A stretch of 64,000 bases of DNA from the human T2T-CHM13v2.0 reference genome, Homo sapiens. Location of the stretch: the NCBI RefSeq assembly GCF_009914755.1, contig NC_060935.1. One strand, given 5' to 3'. The position numbers were made by a program, and so were the translations under genes. The notes beneath the pieces were generated by a model. That model saw nothing but the letters and a program-made list of their open reading frames with translations. It was not told the DNA's origin and did not search any database. Shown one piece after another: positions 45,401 through 59,146 of the stretch; the stretch's first letter is position 1; each line of letters starts with the position of its first letter.

Positions 45401-47828
45401 GGCCCAGTGGGGAAATGAAGGCAATGTAATCAGCAGCAGTGCATTCTGAATCTTAGGAGGGCTAAGACCAGCCGGTTCCTCCTCCCCTTTTTCCTCAGTT
45501 CCCCAAAATGACAAAGGGGGACAATGTCTGCCTTCTCAGGCCCCCAGGCTGTAGTGAAGCTTGGGGGATTTGTGGGGGCAGCAGCATCAGGCTGGTGGTT
45601 ATGACAACATCTCCCTCTCTCCAGAGTCCTCCCACCTCCCACCCTCATGCTGGGCATCAGCATCTAAACCTGAGGCTCCTCCAGGGAGAGACCTGGGCTG
45701 CACTGGCTGGTGCAGAAGAACCTGTTGATGGTGCATAGTCCTTCAGAAGCCAGCCAGGCACCACCTGGGCCTGAGAGCCCTTCCAGAGACCCCCAGGCCT
45801 TGGCAGGTGGAGCAGTGAACTCCTGTGGATATGGGAACCGATTCAAATCCTTCTTAGGCCTCTAACTGACTCTGTTACCTTAGGCAAATTATTTAACTAG
45901 TGCCTCAGTTTCTTGGTCTGTAAAATAGGGGAGATATTATTAAGTGCCTACTACAGAGCAGGAATGTGCTGAATAAATGCTTTACCTGGATGAATTCATT
46001 AACTAGTAAGCAAAGCGCCACATAACGTTATCCATGAAAGCACATAGCACAGTGCCTAGGCAATTTTAAATACTCAGTAATACACATTTCTATTACGCCC
46101 ATTGTACAGATGAGAAATGGAGGCCCAGGAAAGGACCAGACATTGCCCAGAGTCTCAATACCAGGGCTGGGACTAGGCACCAAGGCCCTGGCCTCCCAGC
46201 CAGCCCCCTCTTTGGAGCATCACGGAGGCTTGGATTTAGGTGCAGTATTTGGAGGAGGGTGCAGCTGAGACCGGGCCAGCACTCAGGGACTGTTGTCACA
46301 CTGGCCTGGAATCGTGTCTTGACATGTCTGCCTCCTTGGATTGTGAACATCTTGGCTCAGGGATGGGTGGCTCAGTGCCCAGCACAGCTGCTCAGTAACA
46401 GCTTATGAGTGCATGAGTGAATGAGGTAAGGTGGGGCAGGTGGGCGCCTGAACAGGTGTGGAGCTGAATGCTCTGGGGGAATGAGACTCTGAGGCAGCAG
46501 AAAGATTGAAGTCATTCATAAGAAAAACTTCCTGCCATGGAATTAGATGAATGTGAAGGGTCAGGAAAAACCCAAGTGAAGGGTGAGGAAAAACCCAAGT
46601 GAAGCCTCCAGCCTTTGCGTTCATCCTGGCAACCTCTGCTTCTGAGAAAAGGAGCAGGGGCAGGATGCCTCTCTCCCAGGAACCTTGCTTAGCATTTCCC
46701 TTTCTTGTCCCTCCATTGTATCTCCAGCCTGTAGTTGGAGGTTCAGGGGCCGCTTTTCCTGCAGTGTAAGATGATATGCACTTAGGGGTCACACAGCTTG
46801 TGTGAAGGGTCTTCAGACCCTTGTGTGAAGGATCAGCACAGCTTCATCATGTGCATTGGTTCTGCCGGCCAGTGGAGAGTGCCTGGTCACCCAACCCTAA
46901 GTGCTCACGTGCTCACTCTCTCTTGCCTTTGTCTGATTCCACCTGCTAAGTAACTTCAAATCTAAACCCATTTATCCATCCACCCCCAAGCCCACTCTAT
47001 GATGGGCTCCTTGGCCTGCCTCCCCGATCTGGTCCCTCCTCCATGCAGCTCCCAGAACACCCTTTGTACCACCCAGTCTCATCTACCCCTTGCTTAAAAT
47101 TTTCCCAAGGCCCCCAGCATCCACCTCAGGGATTCCCAACCCTTTTCACACTGGGAAGTGTCTGCAGCTGCCAGGGCTGGAGGTGAGAGGCCCAGAGGGC
47201 TCCAGCTGTCCAGGCCAGCCAGCCACTTCAAGGGTTGATGGGACTAATCCCTGCACACCTGTCTCCCATCTGAGGCCCTGTGTGGCTGGGGCACATGAGT
47301 CTAGAAGCTCTGGTCTATGGGAAAGCAAAGAGAAGCCCAGGCCTCTTGGCTTGGGCTGGCTTCTATCGGGTGCCTGTGAGCCCTGGCAGTCCAGATCACT
47401 TCGCAGAGTCCTTGGCTGGAGGTTTTCCTCGCTACCTAGGGAGTGAGTGCAGGCTGGGATCAAACACTCCAGGGGGCAAGCCCGGGGACATGGCCAGCCT
47501 GGGGATGTTTTCTTACAGTTGGTGTGTAGAATGTGGGGGAATGATGCTCTCCTGGCTCCCTCCCTCTTCTTCTCTACTTTCTCTCTGCTTCCCTCTCCCT
47601 GCCCACCACCTCAGCCCAGGCTCAACTTGCACATAGACAGCCCTTGAGGTGCCTGCTCCTCAAGCCGTCTTTGCTCAGCCAACGGGTCACGATCTCGGAC
47701 TCCCAGCCAGCTCTACCCCAACTGGCTGTGGAACTTGGGCCTCTCACAAGCCTTCCCCGCTGCAAGCCCTTGGCCAGCTGCCTGCCCTTGGAGGCTCTTG
47801 AAGTCTCTTCCTCCTCTTCCCACTCCAG

Positions 47829-47992
47829 GTTTTCTACACCAACTGCAGCTGCGTGGTGGAGGGCAACCCCGTGCTGGCAGGATCCTGCGACTCAACGTGC
47901 AGCCATCTGGTGGTGCCCTTCCTGCTCCTGGTCAGCCTGGGCTCGGCCCTGGCCTGTCTCACCCACACACCCTCCTTCATGCTCATCCTAAG
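47829..47992 (+). CDS. SLCO2B1: SLCO2B1 exon 11 (164 nt; VFYTNCSCV...FMLILR)
   Basis: cccactccag|GTT ... CTAAG|gtgaag; phase 0/2. Confidence 0.96.
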
Positions 47993-48524
47993 GTGAAGGT
48001 GGGGGTGGGGCAGGGGCAGGTGGATACCAGGAGGTCCTTAACCACAGGCAGAACAAGGAATTCCAAGGACGGAGTTCAAGAAAGGAGGCCACTTGGGTGT
48101 CCTGGCCCCCACAATATGGCCTTAACTGTGTTCATCCCATGGCAACCTACTGAGGCAAGGTTTTCTCCCCATCTTGCAGATAAGAAAATTGAGGCTCAGA
48201 GAAGTTCAGGAGCTGGCCCCCATCACATAGCAAGTGTTGGGTGGAATAGTACTGGTTCCCTGGCCCACAGCCCAGGCTCCTACTTGCCCAGGGGAGAGGA
48301 GGACATACCTAGGGCCCTGTCCTGGCCTCTGGAGGTGAGGGCATAATACCTGCAATGGATGAGCTGCAGGAGGTGCATCTAGGAAACCAAACTGTGTCAG
48401 TCTGGTGCATGACTCTGAATGCTGCTTCAAGGCTACATACAAGTGCTTATTAGGTGCCCGCTGTGGACCCAACCCATGCTGAGCACTGCCTTTTGGGCCA
48501 AGATCTTTGTGGCCCTCGTCCTAA

Positions 48525-49707
<1,183 letters not shown>

Positions 49708-50506
49708 GGGACCTCAGAGCAAGATAATTTCCATTTTCCTTCTCCTGGGATTATTTTATTCACTATCTACTTTCTAGGAAATTAGAAGGGAAATGGAGCC
49801 TCTTGCAAATACCAGAAGACATGTAGATCTAGAACACAAGCTGGCCTGGGAGAGAAAATAGAGGAATCAGATGCCCAACAGGCAGCCTGACTAAAAGGAG
49901 TTGAGAACACAGCCTCAGGGCTGCGTGGATACAGGCCCTGACCGCTGTCAGCCATGAGATCTTGGCCAAGTTATTGAATCTGTCTAAGTGTCAGTCTCCT
50001 TATCTGTAAAATGGGGCTAATGTACACCTCGCTCATAGGAGTGATGTGGGGTTGCAGGGCAGAGTTACTGAGCCCGTAGTAAGCGCTCCATAAATGCCAG
50101 CCACTGGTGTTGTCTGGCAGGAGCTGGCGTTACAGTGGTTGGGGATGCTGGGGAAGTGTCTGACTGTCCCAGCTCCAGGTCTTGCCAACTGTAGGAGTAA
50201 GGGGAGAATTTGATGGGACCAGTGGGTGGAGGAAGAGGAGTGATGTCTGTGACCAGAAACATACAGAGGTCAGCACAGGACCCTGATGGTCAGTGGGTGT
50301 GTTGTCTTGTATATGGGACCAGGCTCTGCAGGTTGAAAAAGGATGGGGTACGTCCCTGAGCCCCCAGCCTAGATCATCAGATGGGAGAGAGGCTGGCTCT
50401 GGGTGGTGGGAGAGAAGGGCATAATAAGAACCCTTCAACGTTGATGCATGGCCCTTGGGGGCTGGAACCCCTCCAACCTCATGTTGCCCATGTCTCTGCT
50501 TGTTAG

Positions 50507-50571
50507 AGGAGTGAAGAAAGAAGACAAGACTTTGGCTGTGGGCATCCAGTTCATGTTCCTGAGGATTTTGG
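50507..50571 (+). CDS. SLCO2B1: SLCO2B1 exon 12 (65 nt; GVKKEDKTLAVGIQFMFLRIL)
   Basis: gcttgttag|A ... TTGG|gtaaag; phase 2/1. Confidence 0.96.
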
Positions 50572-50912
50572 GTAAAGATCTTGCTTGGGACCATTGGTGG
50601 TGGTGATGGGGTCCAGATGCCCACTGTGTGCCAGGCCTGGGGCACAGGCATGAGCGGAATTCAATCCCTGATCTTAGGGCTCACAAGCTCATGGGGTGAC
50701 AGACCTGGCCCAGCTCTCCTAGAGCGGGGTATAGAGGCAGAGTCTAGACAGCCCGTCAGGAAGCCACCTCGGATGCAGGGGTGGGGCGGGCTTGAGGGCC
50801 AGACAGCCAAGAGGCCCCAGTAACCCAGAGCCCCTGAGGGGTTGTACATGCCAGGGAGGGGGCAGGGTAGGACGGTGGGCCTTCATTGTCCCCTGAGCAC
50901 CACCTCCCTCAG

Positions 50913-51033
50913 CCTGGATGCCCAGCCCCGTGATCCACGGCAGCGCCATCGACACCACCTGTGTGCACTGGGCCCTGAGCTGTGGGCGTCGAGCTGTCTG
51001 TCGCTACTACAATAATGACCTGCTCCGAAACCG
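50913..51033 (+). CDS. SLCO2B1: SLCO2B1 exon 13 (121 nt; AWMPSPVIHGSAIDTTC...DLLRN)
   Basis: ctccctcag|CC ... AACCG|gtgaga; phase 1/2. Confidence 0.97.
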
Positions 51034-52005
51034 GTGAGACCTGGTTTGATGGCTTGTGGGAAGGGTGCTGGAAATACTCTCAGAGTCCCAGGCAGGATAC
51101 CAGCAGGGAGGGGAGGTTTCATTTAAGTCTACCTGCTAGGTGACAGGTGTCATTATATATTCAGTGCTGAGCTCACCAGTCCTTCAAGCTAAACACTGCC
51201 CCCCTCCTTTTATAGATGAGGAAAGTGACAGTTAAAGCAAGTAGCCCAAGGTCACACAGCTAATAACTTGCAGAGCTGGGCCTTGACCACAGAGTCTATG
51301 CAGGAACTTGGGGAGAAACAGAGGAGCAGCCATGCTGCGAGAGGGACTTGGGGTGAAGGGCTGGGGAGAAAGCCCTGTCTAGGACACAGGAGGCCTGGGT
51401 TTCAGGCCCAGCTCTGTCTCCCTCATCATGGGACTTATCTTGTCTGGGGCTCAGTCTTCCCATCTGTACAAAGGGGAACTCAAAGGAACCTGAAGGCACA
51501 GAGGCGGCTGGCCTGGGATGGATGTGGAGAGGACTTGCTAGCAGGGCTGGGGACAGGGAGCTGGTCACTTTCAGCTCTGAGGAGGTGAGGAGGGCACAGT
51601 TTCTGTGGGCTGGGACTGTCCACAGGGGGCTTCCTAGAAAAGGAAAAGTCAAACAAGGGCTTTGATAGTTAAACAGGGGAGAGGGAATCCGTTTGTTCTT
51701 GTGGCAGGTGGCGCAATATAAAATTGCACTTGTCAGGCCCCCTGAGCCCTTGGGCTCGGAGAGAGGCAGGGCCAGGCCAGGCCACAGAGCAGAGTCCAGG
51801 ACAGGGCGATGAAGATGGCCAGGCCTCTGCTCCCACCCAGGGCTCCTCTGCAGAGCCTCTCCCCCTCCTCCAGGGAAGAGCCACAGCAGAGGTCAATGTC
51901 TCCCTGAGGCCTCAGTATCTCTGATTTCACAATGAGTGATGACTGCTGACGTCCATGCCCTGGCCTGGCAGCTCTTGAGTTCAAGGGTCCCCATTCTTTC
52001 CCCAG

Positions 52006-52186
52006 GTTCATCGGCCTCCAGTTCTTCTTCAAAACAGGTTCTGTGATCTGCTTCGCCTTAGTTTTGGCTGTCCTGAGGCAGCAGGACAAAGAGGCAAGGA
52101 CCAAAGAGAGCAGATCCAGCCCTGCCGTAGAGCAGCAATTGCTAGTGTCGGGGCCAGGGAAGAAGCCAGAGGATTCCCGAGTGTGA
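52006..52186 (+). CDS. SLCO2B1: SLCO2B1 exon 14 coding part (181 nt; RFIGLQFFF...PEDSRV-stop)
   Basis: tttccccag|G; TGA at 52184-52186; C-terminal class I PDZ-type motif DSRV. Confidence 0.97.
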
Positions 52187-52720
52187 GCTGTCTTGGGGCC
52201 CCACCTGGCCAAGAGTAGCAGCCACAGCAGTACCTCCTCTGAGTCCTTTGCCCAAGATTGGGTGTCAAGAGCCCTGTGTTCCATTCTGGCTCCTCCACTA
52301 AATTGCTGTGTGACTTCAGGCAAGACATTGATCCTCTCTCAGCCTTTGCTTGCTAGTCTGAACCAAAGAGTTGTTTGGGCATTTGCTGTGTTGGCCATTT
52401 CTGGAGCAAGAGGGTCTTCTTCCTCCTTCCCCCAGCCAGCCAGCTGTCCTGGGGCCAGGCTTTCCTGGGTGGAAAGAAGTATACCTTTCCCTGGGGCCCT
52501 AGGATAGCAAAGTGAGCCATAGTGGGCCAGGCTGCCCTCCATGCTGGGCCCCAGCCCAGGTCTGCACTCGCCTGGATCACCTTCTTTGAGCCTTAGCCAT
52601 CTCCTGTCAGGTAGGAATGAACTTGCCAGCCTTCAGGCTCGTTCAGCTATGACCATCTGTGCGGTCAGGGTACACTCAGCTCTCCTCCCCAACTCCAGCA
52701 GCCTTTAAGAAGTGTCCCTT

Positions 52721-52739
52721 TGGCGCCCCCTGGAGGCAG
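52721..52739 (-). promoter_or_regulatory. CTCF-like motif
   Basis: Minus strand CTGCCTCCAGGGGGCGCCA versus consensus TGGCCACCAGGGGGCGCTA. Confidence 0.6.
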
Positions 52740-53688
52740 AGCACTGAGCTGGACCCTGGGTAGACTCCCACAGGGAGGACGGAGCTGGCCTCAGGAGTGG
52801 GACACCCAGACTTGGCAGGGCCTTCAAGAGGCCTGTGTGGGGGCCCCAGGAATCCTTAGCTGAAGCGGGGAGACTCACTCTCCATCTCAGGAAATTCTAG
52901 CCCTTGCCCTCAGGGAGCCACGGTTGAGGGTGAGGCCCAACACCTGCCTTAGGGCCCTGGGTGGGCAAGTCTGGGCCCTGGGGTAGGGAGGGAGACTCAG
53001 GCCCACACTTGGGTATTTTCTAATTTCAGACAAACACACACTCAGCGCGCACTCACTGATTCCTACACATTGCCAAGATTTCACACATGTGACCAGGGGC
53101 CACCAAAGTCCCTGTGACCTTTGTGACTAGGATCCTAATTTCTCTATTTTCTCCTGGGTGCCTGGGTCTGTGTCACCTGGGGCAGTGTGGATAATGTTTA
53201 GTTCTGTGACACTGTTTTTTGGGGGTGGCACCTGGTTCTCCGATGCCTGGGCTGGTGTCAGGCCCAGGACTGTAGTGCTGGGAGCAGTAAAGCTCAGCTC
53301 TGTGTAATGAGTGATGCTATGGCTTGCTCGTGTCTTATGATCCAATCCTTTTCTACATCAGCCCTTGTTTTGTTTTATGGCTAGTCTTATCTGGCCTGGT
53401 TATTTCCTTGCGGGGAGGAGAGGGTTTGCTAATCTGCTCCCAGCCCAACCTATTACCACCCCACCTCGCTGGGACCTACTGCTCGGGAGGCAGCAGACAG
53501 GGAGCCACCAGCAGTGGCTTCCTGGCCCTGTGCTGGGGGTGGGGGGAAGCTGGGGGCACATGTGGCCCTTGCCTTCTGAGCAGCTCCCAGTGCCAGGGCT
53601 TTGAGACTTTCCCACATGATAAAAGAAAAGGGAGGTACAGAAGTTCCAATTCCCTTTTTATTTTGCTGGTTGGTATCTGTAAATGTTT

Positions 53689-53694
53689 AATAAA
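53689..53694 (+). terminator. Poly(A) signal AATAAA (proximal)
   Basis: Canonical hexamer in a U-rich context, with TGTA just upstream. Confidence 0.55.
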
Positions 53695-53839
53695 TATCTG
53701 AGCATGTATCTATCAACGCCAAGAATTTCAAAGTCTCCTTCAACAATATGAGGCTTTTAGGATGTTTATATTCCTTCATCCCTCTTGTTTCCCAGGTTTT
53801 GCAGGGAAAAAAAGTCTGGAATTATAGATACAGCTTATT

Positions 53840-53845
53840 ATTAAA
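53840..53845 (+). terminator. Poly(A) signal ATTAAA (distal)
   Basis: Variant hexamer followed by GU/U-rich sequence (tttgttcttg...tgtctcttct). Confidence 0.65.
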
Positions 53846-54189
53846 TTTGTTCTTGCATAATGTCTCTTCTATTACAAAAATTCTTTCTTCATAAACTGCA
53901 TTAGAGGTTTGCAACAACCACATCATTTCCATTAACTTAGATTTAGGTTTTACTGGATTCATTGCTCACCATTATTGCTTGTATATTACATCTTTTCCAA
54001 TCTTTATATTCTGGTCTAATTTTTGTTTGAGTGTCTTCGTCTACTAATGGTTTCAAAAATGGAATAAGGTCATGAGGATTTCTGAATCCTCACCTGTCCA
54101 AATTGTCATTCACATTTTATAGAAGAGGAAACTGGCTCAGAAAGCACAAGTGACTTCCCCAAGATCACACAGAAAATAAATGATGGAGC

Positions 54190-54993
54190 CAAGGTTGGAT
54201 GTGTAGACCTTGTGGGAACTGAAGGTTTTATAATTTGAGGAGCCCTCTTTAAGAAAAATATACAAAATTATGAATATAAAATTAGGTACAAGGTACCTAT
54301 ATTTACCTATAATGAGAAAAGAAATCAAAACAGATACATCACACAATCCCCCCAAAATGCGTAATACTTTTATTAACTGCCCTGCTTAACCTCTGAGACA
54401 CATTTTCTCCCCCTGATGATTAGAAGAATTTTCCACAGACTAGCTTCTGGCTCTGTACATTTCAAACCTGGTTTCTCCTGTTTCTTGTCTACTGCCCATA
54501 TACTTCCTGGGCTGGGTGCCATGACACACATTCATATCACGATATGACCTCTGCATATGGCAACTTAATATCACCATGCCAAGTGAGCTGGGCAGTGGGT
54601 AGAATTCCTAGAAGCTATTCTCTACACAGAGATTACTAGCAATGATTTATCTATACACAGAGAACCACATAAATATTAATATATCCTCTGTTTCAGAAAA
54701 CCACATAAACATATCCCAGTGAACCCAACTCAAATCAGTCCCCCACTCAGCTTCCCCTTGGTCAGATCCCAGAAGTGCCCATGGCCACTCCAATTATCCC
54801 ACATAAAGGAAAATTGAAACACAAGGGAAGTTGGAGTGGGAAGAAAATAGTAATTTTGATTGTGGTTAAAGTATCTTACCTTTGCAAATTTTATAAAAAT
54901 ATGACAACGTGAACACATCGCTGAGGCCCTCCCTGGATCTGGGGAGAGTCCTGGATGCTCAAGCTGCATTCACATCACGGTGAGTCCGCCTCT
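54190..54993. mobile_element. hAT-Tip100 (Arthur1/MER69-like) DNA transposon relic
   Basis: gccctctttaagaaaaatatacaaaattatgaatataaaattagg near one end and cacggtgagtccgcctct at the other. Confidence 0.45.
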
Positions 54994-56449
54994 TGGTTGA
55001 GCCAAGATCTGAAGGAAAAGACGAGGTCCTTGTGCCTAAAGTCTTCCAAACTGGACATGGTGAGGAGACTCAGGAGTTACCCAAGAGAGAAATGGGTCAA
55101 GAGCCAAGGGGTGGAGCAAGTCAGGGCCAGAGGGGTTTTCCAGGCCCTGTGGGGGTCCCAGGGAAGTCCTCTCCCCTAATATAGCCTCTGGTCAATGAAG
55201 AGCCACAAGCATTTGCATCTGCAAGCTTACTTTCTTACACTGTACCAGGAAGCTGGGAGGAGAAGACATTAAGTCTCCCTGCTAGATTGTGCTGGTGTAA
55301 AGTCAGCAGAGGACAGGACTCAGACCAGAACTGACATCCTGATGCCTAGGTTTCTTTTCTTGTAGACTCTGGGAAGGTCTGGGATGCTAGATGCTGGGAA
55401 GTTCTAGGGTAGGCAGATGACCCATCAGGAGCTGGCATCCAGGGGTCATGACTGACATGCAGATAAGTGAAAGAGAACTCAGCGACATCCTCACCATTGC
55501 CTGGAGGTGTTGAATTCTTTCCCCTTCACATACCTTTGCTTATGCTGTTCCCTCTGACCTGGGTTATCTTCTTCATCCCCATCGCACAGCTTGTCTCTCC
55601 ATCCCCACTTCATAAAGTCCTACCCAATCTTCCAGGCCCAGCTCAAAGGCCACCAACTCCAGGAAGGCAACATGGTATAGGCAATGGGGGGCAAGTGAAA
55701 ACCACCTCTGGGGATCCAATCAAAGGCATAGACTCTCCACTAAATATAAAACAAAACACACACACAGAGACATATACACAATTGTGCATATGATTTCAGA
55801 GGTTGAAGACCATATGATGCCTGGGTGTAGACCTCCTAAGCATCCCAGGTCCCCAGTCAAAAGCCCTTAATGGAGTGAAAAGATTATAGAGTTGTGGAGA
55901 GAGTCAGACTTGGGATCAAATCTTGACTCTGCCACTTATTACAGTGTGACGATGAACAAATGATTTAACCTCTCTGCACCTCAGTTTGCTCACCTGCAAG
56001 TGAGGTTGAGCATGCCTAGCTCCTATCTCCCAGAAGCTGTGAGGACCGGGTAAGATCATGTACATGCTCACAGGCACCACACCTGATGATCAGGATTTGT
56101 AAGCTCCCTTCCCCTTCTGTCCCTGAAAAAATTTCATAAACACATAGAGCATCAGAGTCGGAGGGGGAAGTGACAACAGAGGGAGGAACACACCTCCTTT
56201 GCCCTACCCTGGCCACAGCTCCGTTGTCCCCAATCTCTCCTCCACTGTCAGCCAGGGCTCAGCCAGCCCAGTCTTATCTCTCCCCACAGCCAGCTTGGGA
56301 CAGCTTTTCTCAACCAGATTTACATTTTTATTGATTTTCTTTCTCCCTCCTAGAGCAGTCCCTCCCTTCTACTTCCCCTTTGGCTATCAAATGGGCTTAC
56401 CCTGGGAAACAGCAGTTCTAGGGCTGGCCAAGAAGTGATGGTTCAAGGT

Positions 56450-57400
56450 TGGATTCATTCACCCTTCCTTCCTTCATTCATTCAGCCACTCACATGAGCA
56501 ACACATATCCTACATGTCTGCTCTGTGCCCTTCTCCTGGCATTGCTGGGGACACAACCATGTGTCGGATACAGTCTCTACTCAGGAAACTCTCAGTGTAA
56601 ACAGACGACAAACAGTAACAAAAGCATGAGTAGTCATACAGGAGAGGGAAGAAGAGGAAGCCAAGGACTCTTCCTGGGGCCAATAGGGAAGGCTTCCAAG
56701 AGGTTATATCAGACCTGGTGTTAAGGATTAGGCAGGACTTCCTCAAGTGGACAAGGTGGAAATGGGCAGGAAAAACAACAGGACGAGCAAAGATAGAGAG
56801 AGGTGTGTCTGAGATACAGTGACAAGAGCAATGTGGCTGGAGGGCACTGCATGTGCAGGGCAATCAGGAGACAGAAGAGAGCAGAGGCTGGAAAGACCAG
56901 CAGGGACCAAGCATGGAGACCCAGCTGAAGGTGTGGATGCTTCCCTGAGGGCAAGGAGGAACCCCTGAAGCACTGATTGATGGATTATTCCATTGGCCAG
57001 TTATTTTAAGCAGGGAGTGACATGACAAGATTTGCATTTTGGAAAGGCCGCTGGTTGCACCATGGGGGCTTTGAGTGGAAAAGAGAAGCTGAAGGCCAAG
57101 AGCTCAGGCAGGGGGCAGGTGCAACAATCAAGAGAAGTAGGAGGACTACAGCCAGGTCAGGAGAGGCATCCTAGAAGTGGGATATCTAAGGTCAGTCTTG
57201 AAAGACGAGTGGGAATGCACCAGGAAGAGAAGTTGGGAAGGGTGTCAAGGCAGAAGAAACTGCACAGACAAAGTAGACAGAAACCTCCTGGCAGGCTTGG
57301 GGTATTTCCACTAGTTTAGCAGGGCTGCAGCATGGCCTAAGAGAGAAGGCATGGAGAGGGTGAGGCTGAAGAAAGTGGGTTGATGCTCTCAATGCCACTC
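56450..57400 (-). mobile_element. L2-like fragments
   Basis: ttcattcattcagcc start and purine-rich L2 body motifs (ttttaagcagggagtgacatgacaagatttgcattttggaaagg). Confidence 0.55.
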
Positions 57401-58094
57401 AGTGTTGTCCACCTCCCGAACCTAGCCCCAGGTGAGAGAGGAGAGGGAGCCCTCACCTCTGTACAGAGGTGGCTGTACAGGTCTGAGCCCTAGGTCAGGG
57501 GTGCTCCTTAGTCCAAACACACCTTTTAGTGTTCACTACATTTCACATTTTACACAGTCCCTTTACACCCCGTCCTCATGGTTTCCTGGTGAAGAAGGCA
57601 GGAAAGGGATTATTATTGCCATGTAGTAGGTAAAGAAACTGAGGCCCAGAAAAGTGCAGAAACTTGCCCAAGGTCACTCAAGAGCCCAGGTATCCCCCTC
57701 CTAAGGCTCCCATGTTGTTGCTAATAAACCTACTTGTCCCTGAATCACATATGTACAATAGATGTAGTAAGTGCTAACTAATGTGGTTGGGATGAAAAAA
57801 GGGGGGAGGAGAGAAAACACATCAGAGAAAGAGGTTTCCTTTTTATGTCCCCATTTCCTCAGCCTTCATCCTGCAGCTGGGGACATTCCAGCTGGGAAAA
57901 CAGAACCCAGGTCCCTCTGCTTTGGAATCCAACAGACAGGAAGGTCAATCCAAGCTCTGCCACTTACCAGGCATGGGAAGTCACTGCACTCATCGGAGCA
58001 TTGGTTTTCTCATCTGTAAAAGGGATAAATAAGCTTCACCTATCAGAATCGTTGAGAGGATTTAATGTGATAAAGTAGCAATATAGTAATCTAC

Positions 58095-58862
58095 TACTGA
58101 GTAATAAATTTTCTGGCTGACACAGTGGCTCAAACCTGTGATCCCAGCCATTTGGGAGACTGAGGCAGGAGGATCACTTGAGCCCCAGAGTTTGAGACCA
58201 GCCTGGGCAACACAGTGAGGCCCCATCTCTCCAAAAAATAATAATAATAATAAAAAGAAACTTAGCCAAGGGTGGTAGCACCCACACCTGTAGTTTCAGC
58301 TACTTGTAAGGTTTAGGTGGGAGGATTGCTTGAGCCCAGGAAGTCAAGATTGCAGTGAGCAGTGATTGTACTACTGCATTCCAGTCTGGGTAACAGAGCA
58401 AGGCCCTGCCTCAAAAAACCCCCCAAAACCAAAAAATAAATTTTCCCAAAGTTTAGCAACTTAAAACAACAAATATTTATTATCTCATAGAATTTCTGAG
58501 GGTCAAGAACCCACAGATGGGCTAACTGGAAGGTGCTGGATCTTCATGAGGATTTCTGATGAAGTTGTAGTCAAGCATCAGCCAGGGCTGCAGTCATCAG
58601 AAGGCTCAACTGGGGTGAGAGGATCCACTTCCAAGTTCATTCGATGATTGCTGTTGGGCCTCTGTACCTTGTTGGCAGTTGACCAAAAGCTTTGATTCCA
58701 TGTGCCTTTTATGATCTAATATTGGAAGAAACATACCGTAACTTTTGCCATATTCTCTTGGTCATGTAGACAAACCCTGGTATAATGTGGGAGGGGAATA
58801 CAAAAAGGCATGAATACCAGGGGGTATGGATCATTGGGAGCCATTTGGAAGCTGGCTACAAC
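58095..58862 (-). mobile_element. MLT1-like MaLR LTR with a nested AluJ (58113-58440, +)
   Basis: ttagcaacttaaaacaacaaatatttattatctca motif; TSD aataaattttc flanks the Alu. Confidence 0.7.
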
Positions 58863-59146
58863 AAGCACTCAGACCAGTGCCTGACACACAGTAGGTACTT
58901 ATTCATTAGTCGCTGCTATAACTCTTGCAATGACCTATCACAGCCTGGTTGAGAAGATAAGATCTGGACATGATAAGGTGAGAAATCTTTGGCAAAGTGA
59001 AATGTAACTTGAATTAAACAATGTTCAATTACATTAGAAGAGGGTGTGCCGGACAAGGCCCTGGCAACCAGGGAAGACTTCCTGGCGGAGATGGAGAGGA
59101 GGTAGGAGGGCAATCCAGAGAGAAAACAGAAGATGAGTATGGCAGG

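Larger units (their letters stand above)
52187..53860 (+). other. SLCO2B1: SLCO2B1 3' UTR (3' end approximate)
   Basis: Follows the stop codon; AATAAA at 53689-53694 and ATTAAA at 53840-53845. Confidence 0.8.

Noticed and set aside
47735-48346. 203-aa alternative-frame ORF across exon 11, and the 196-aa antisense ORF at 51733-52323
   Set aside because: GC-rich shadow frames with no recognisable domain
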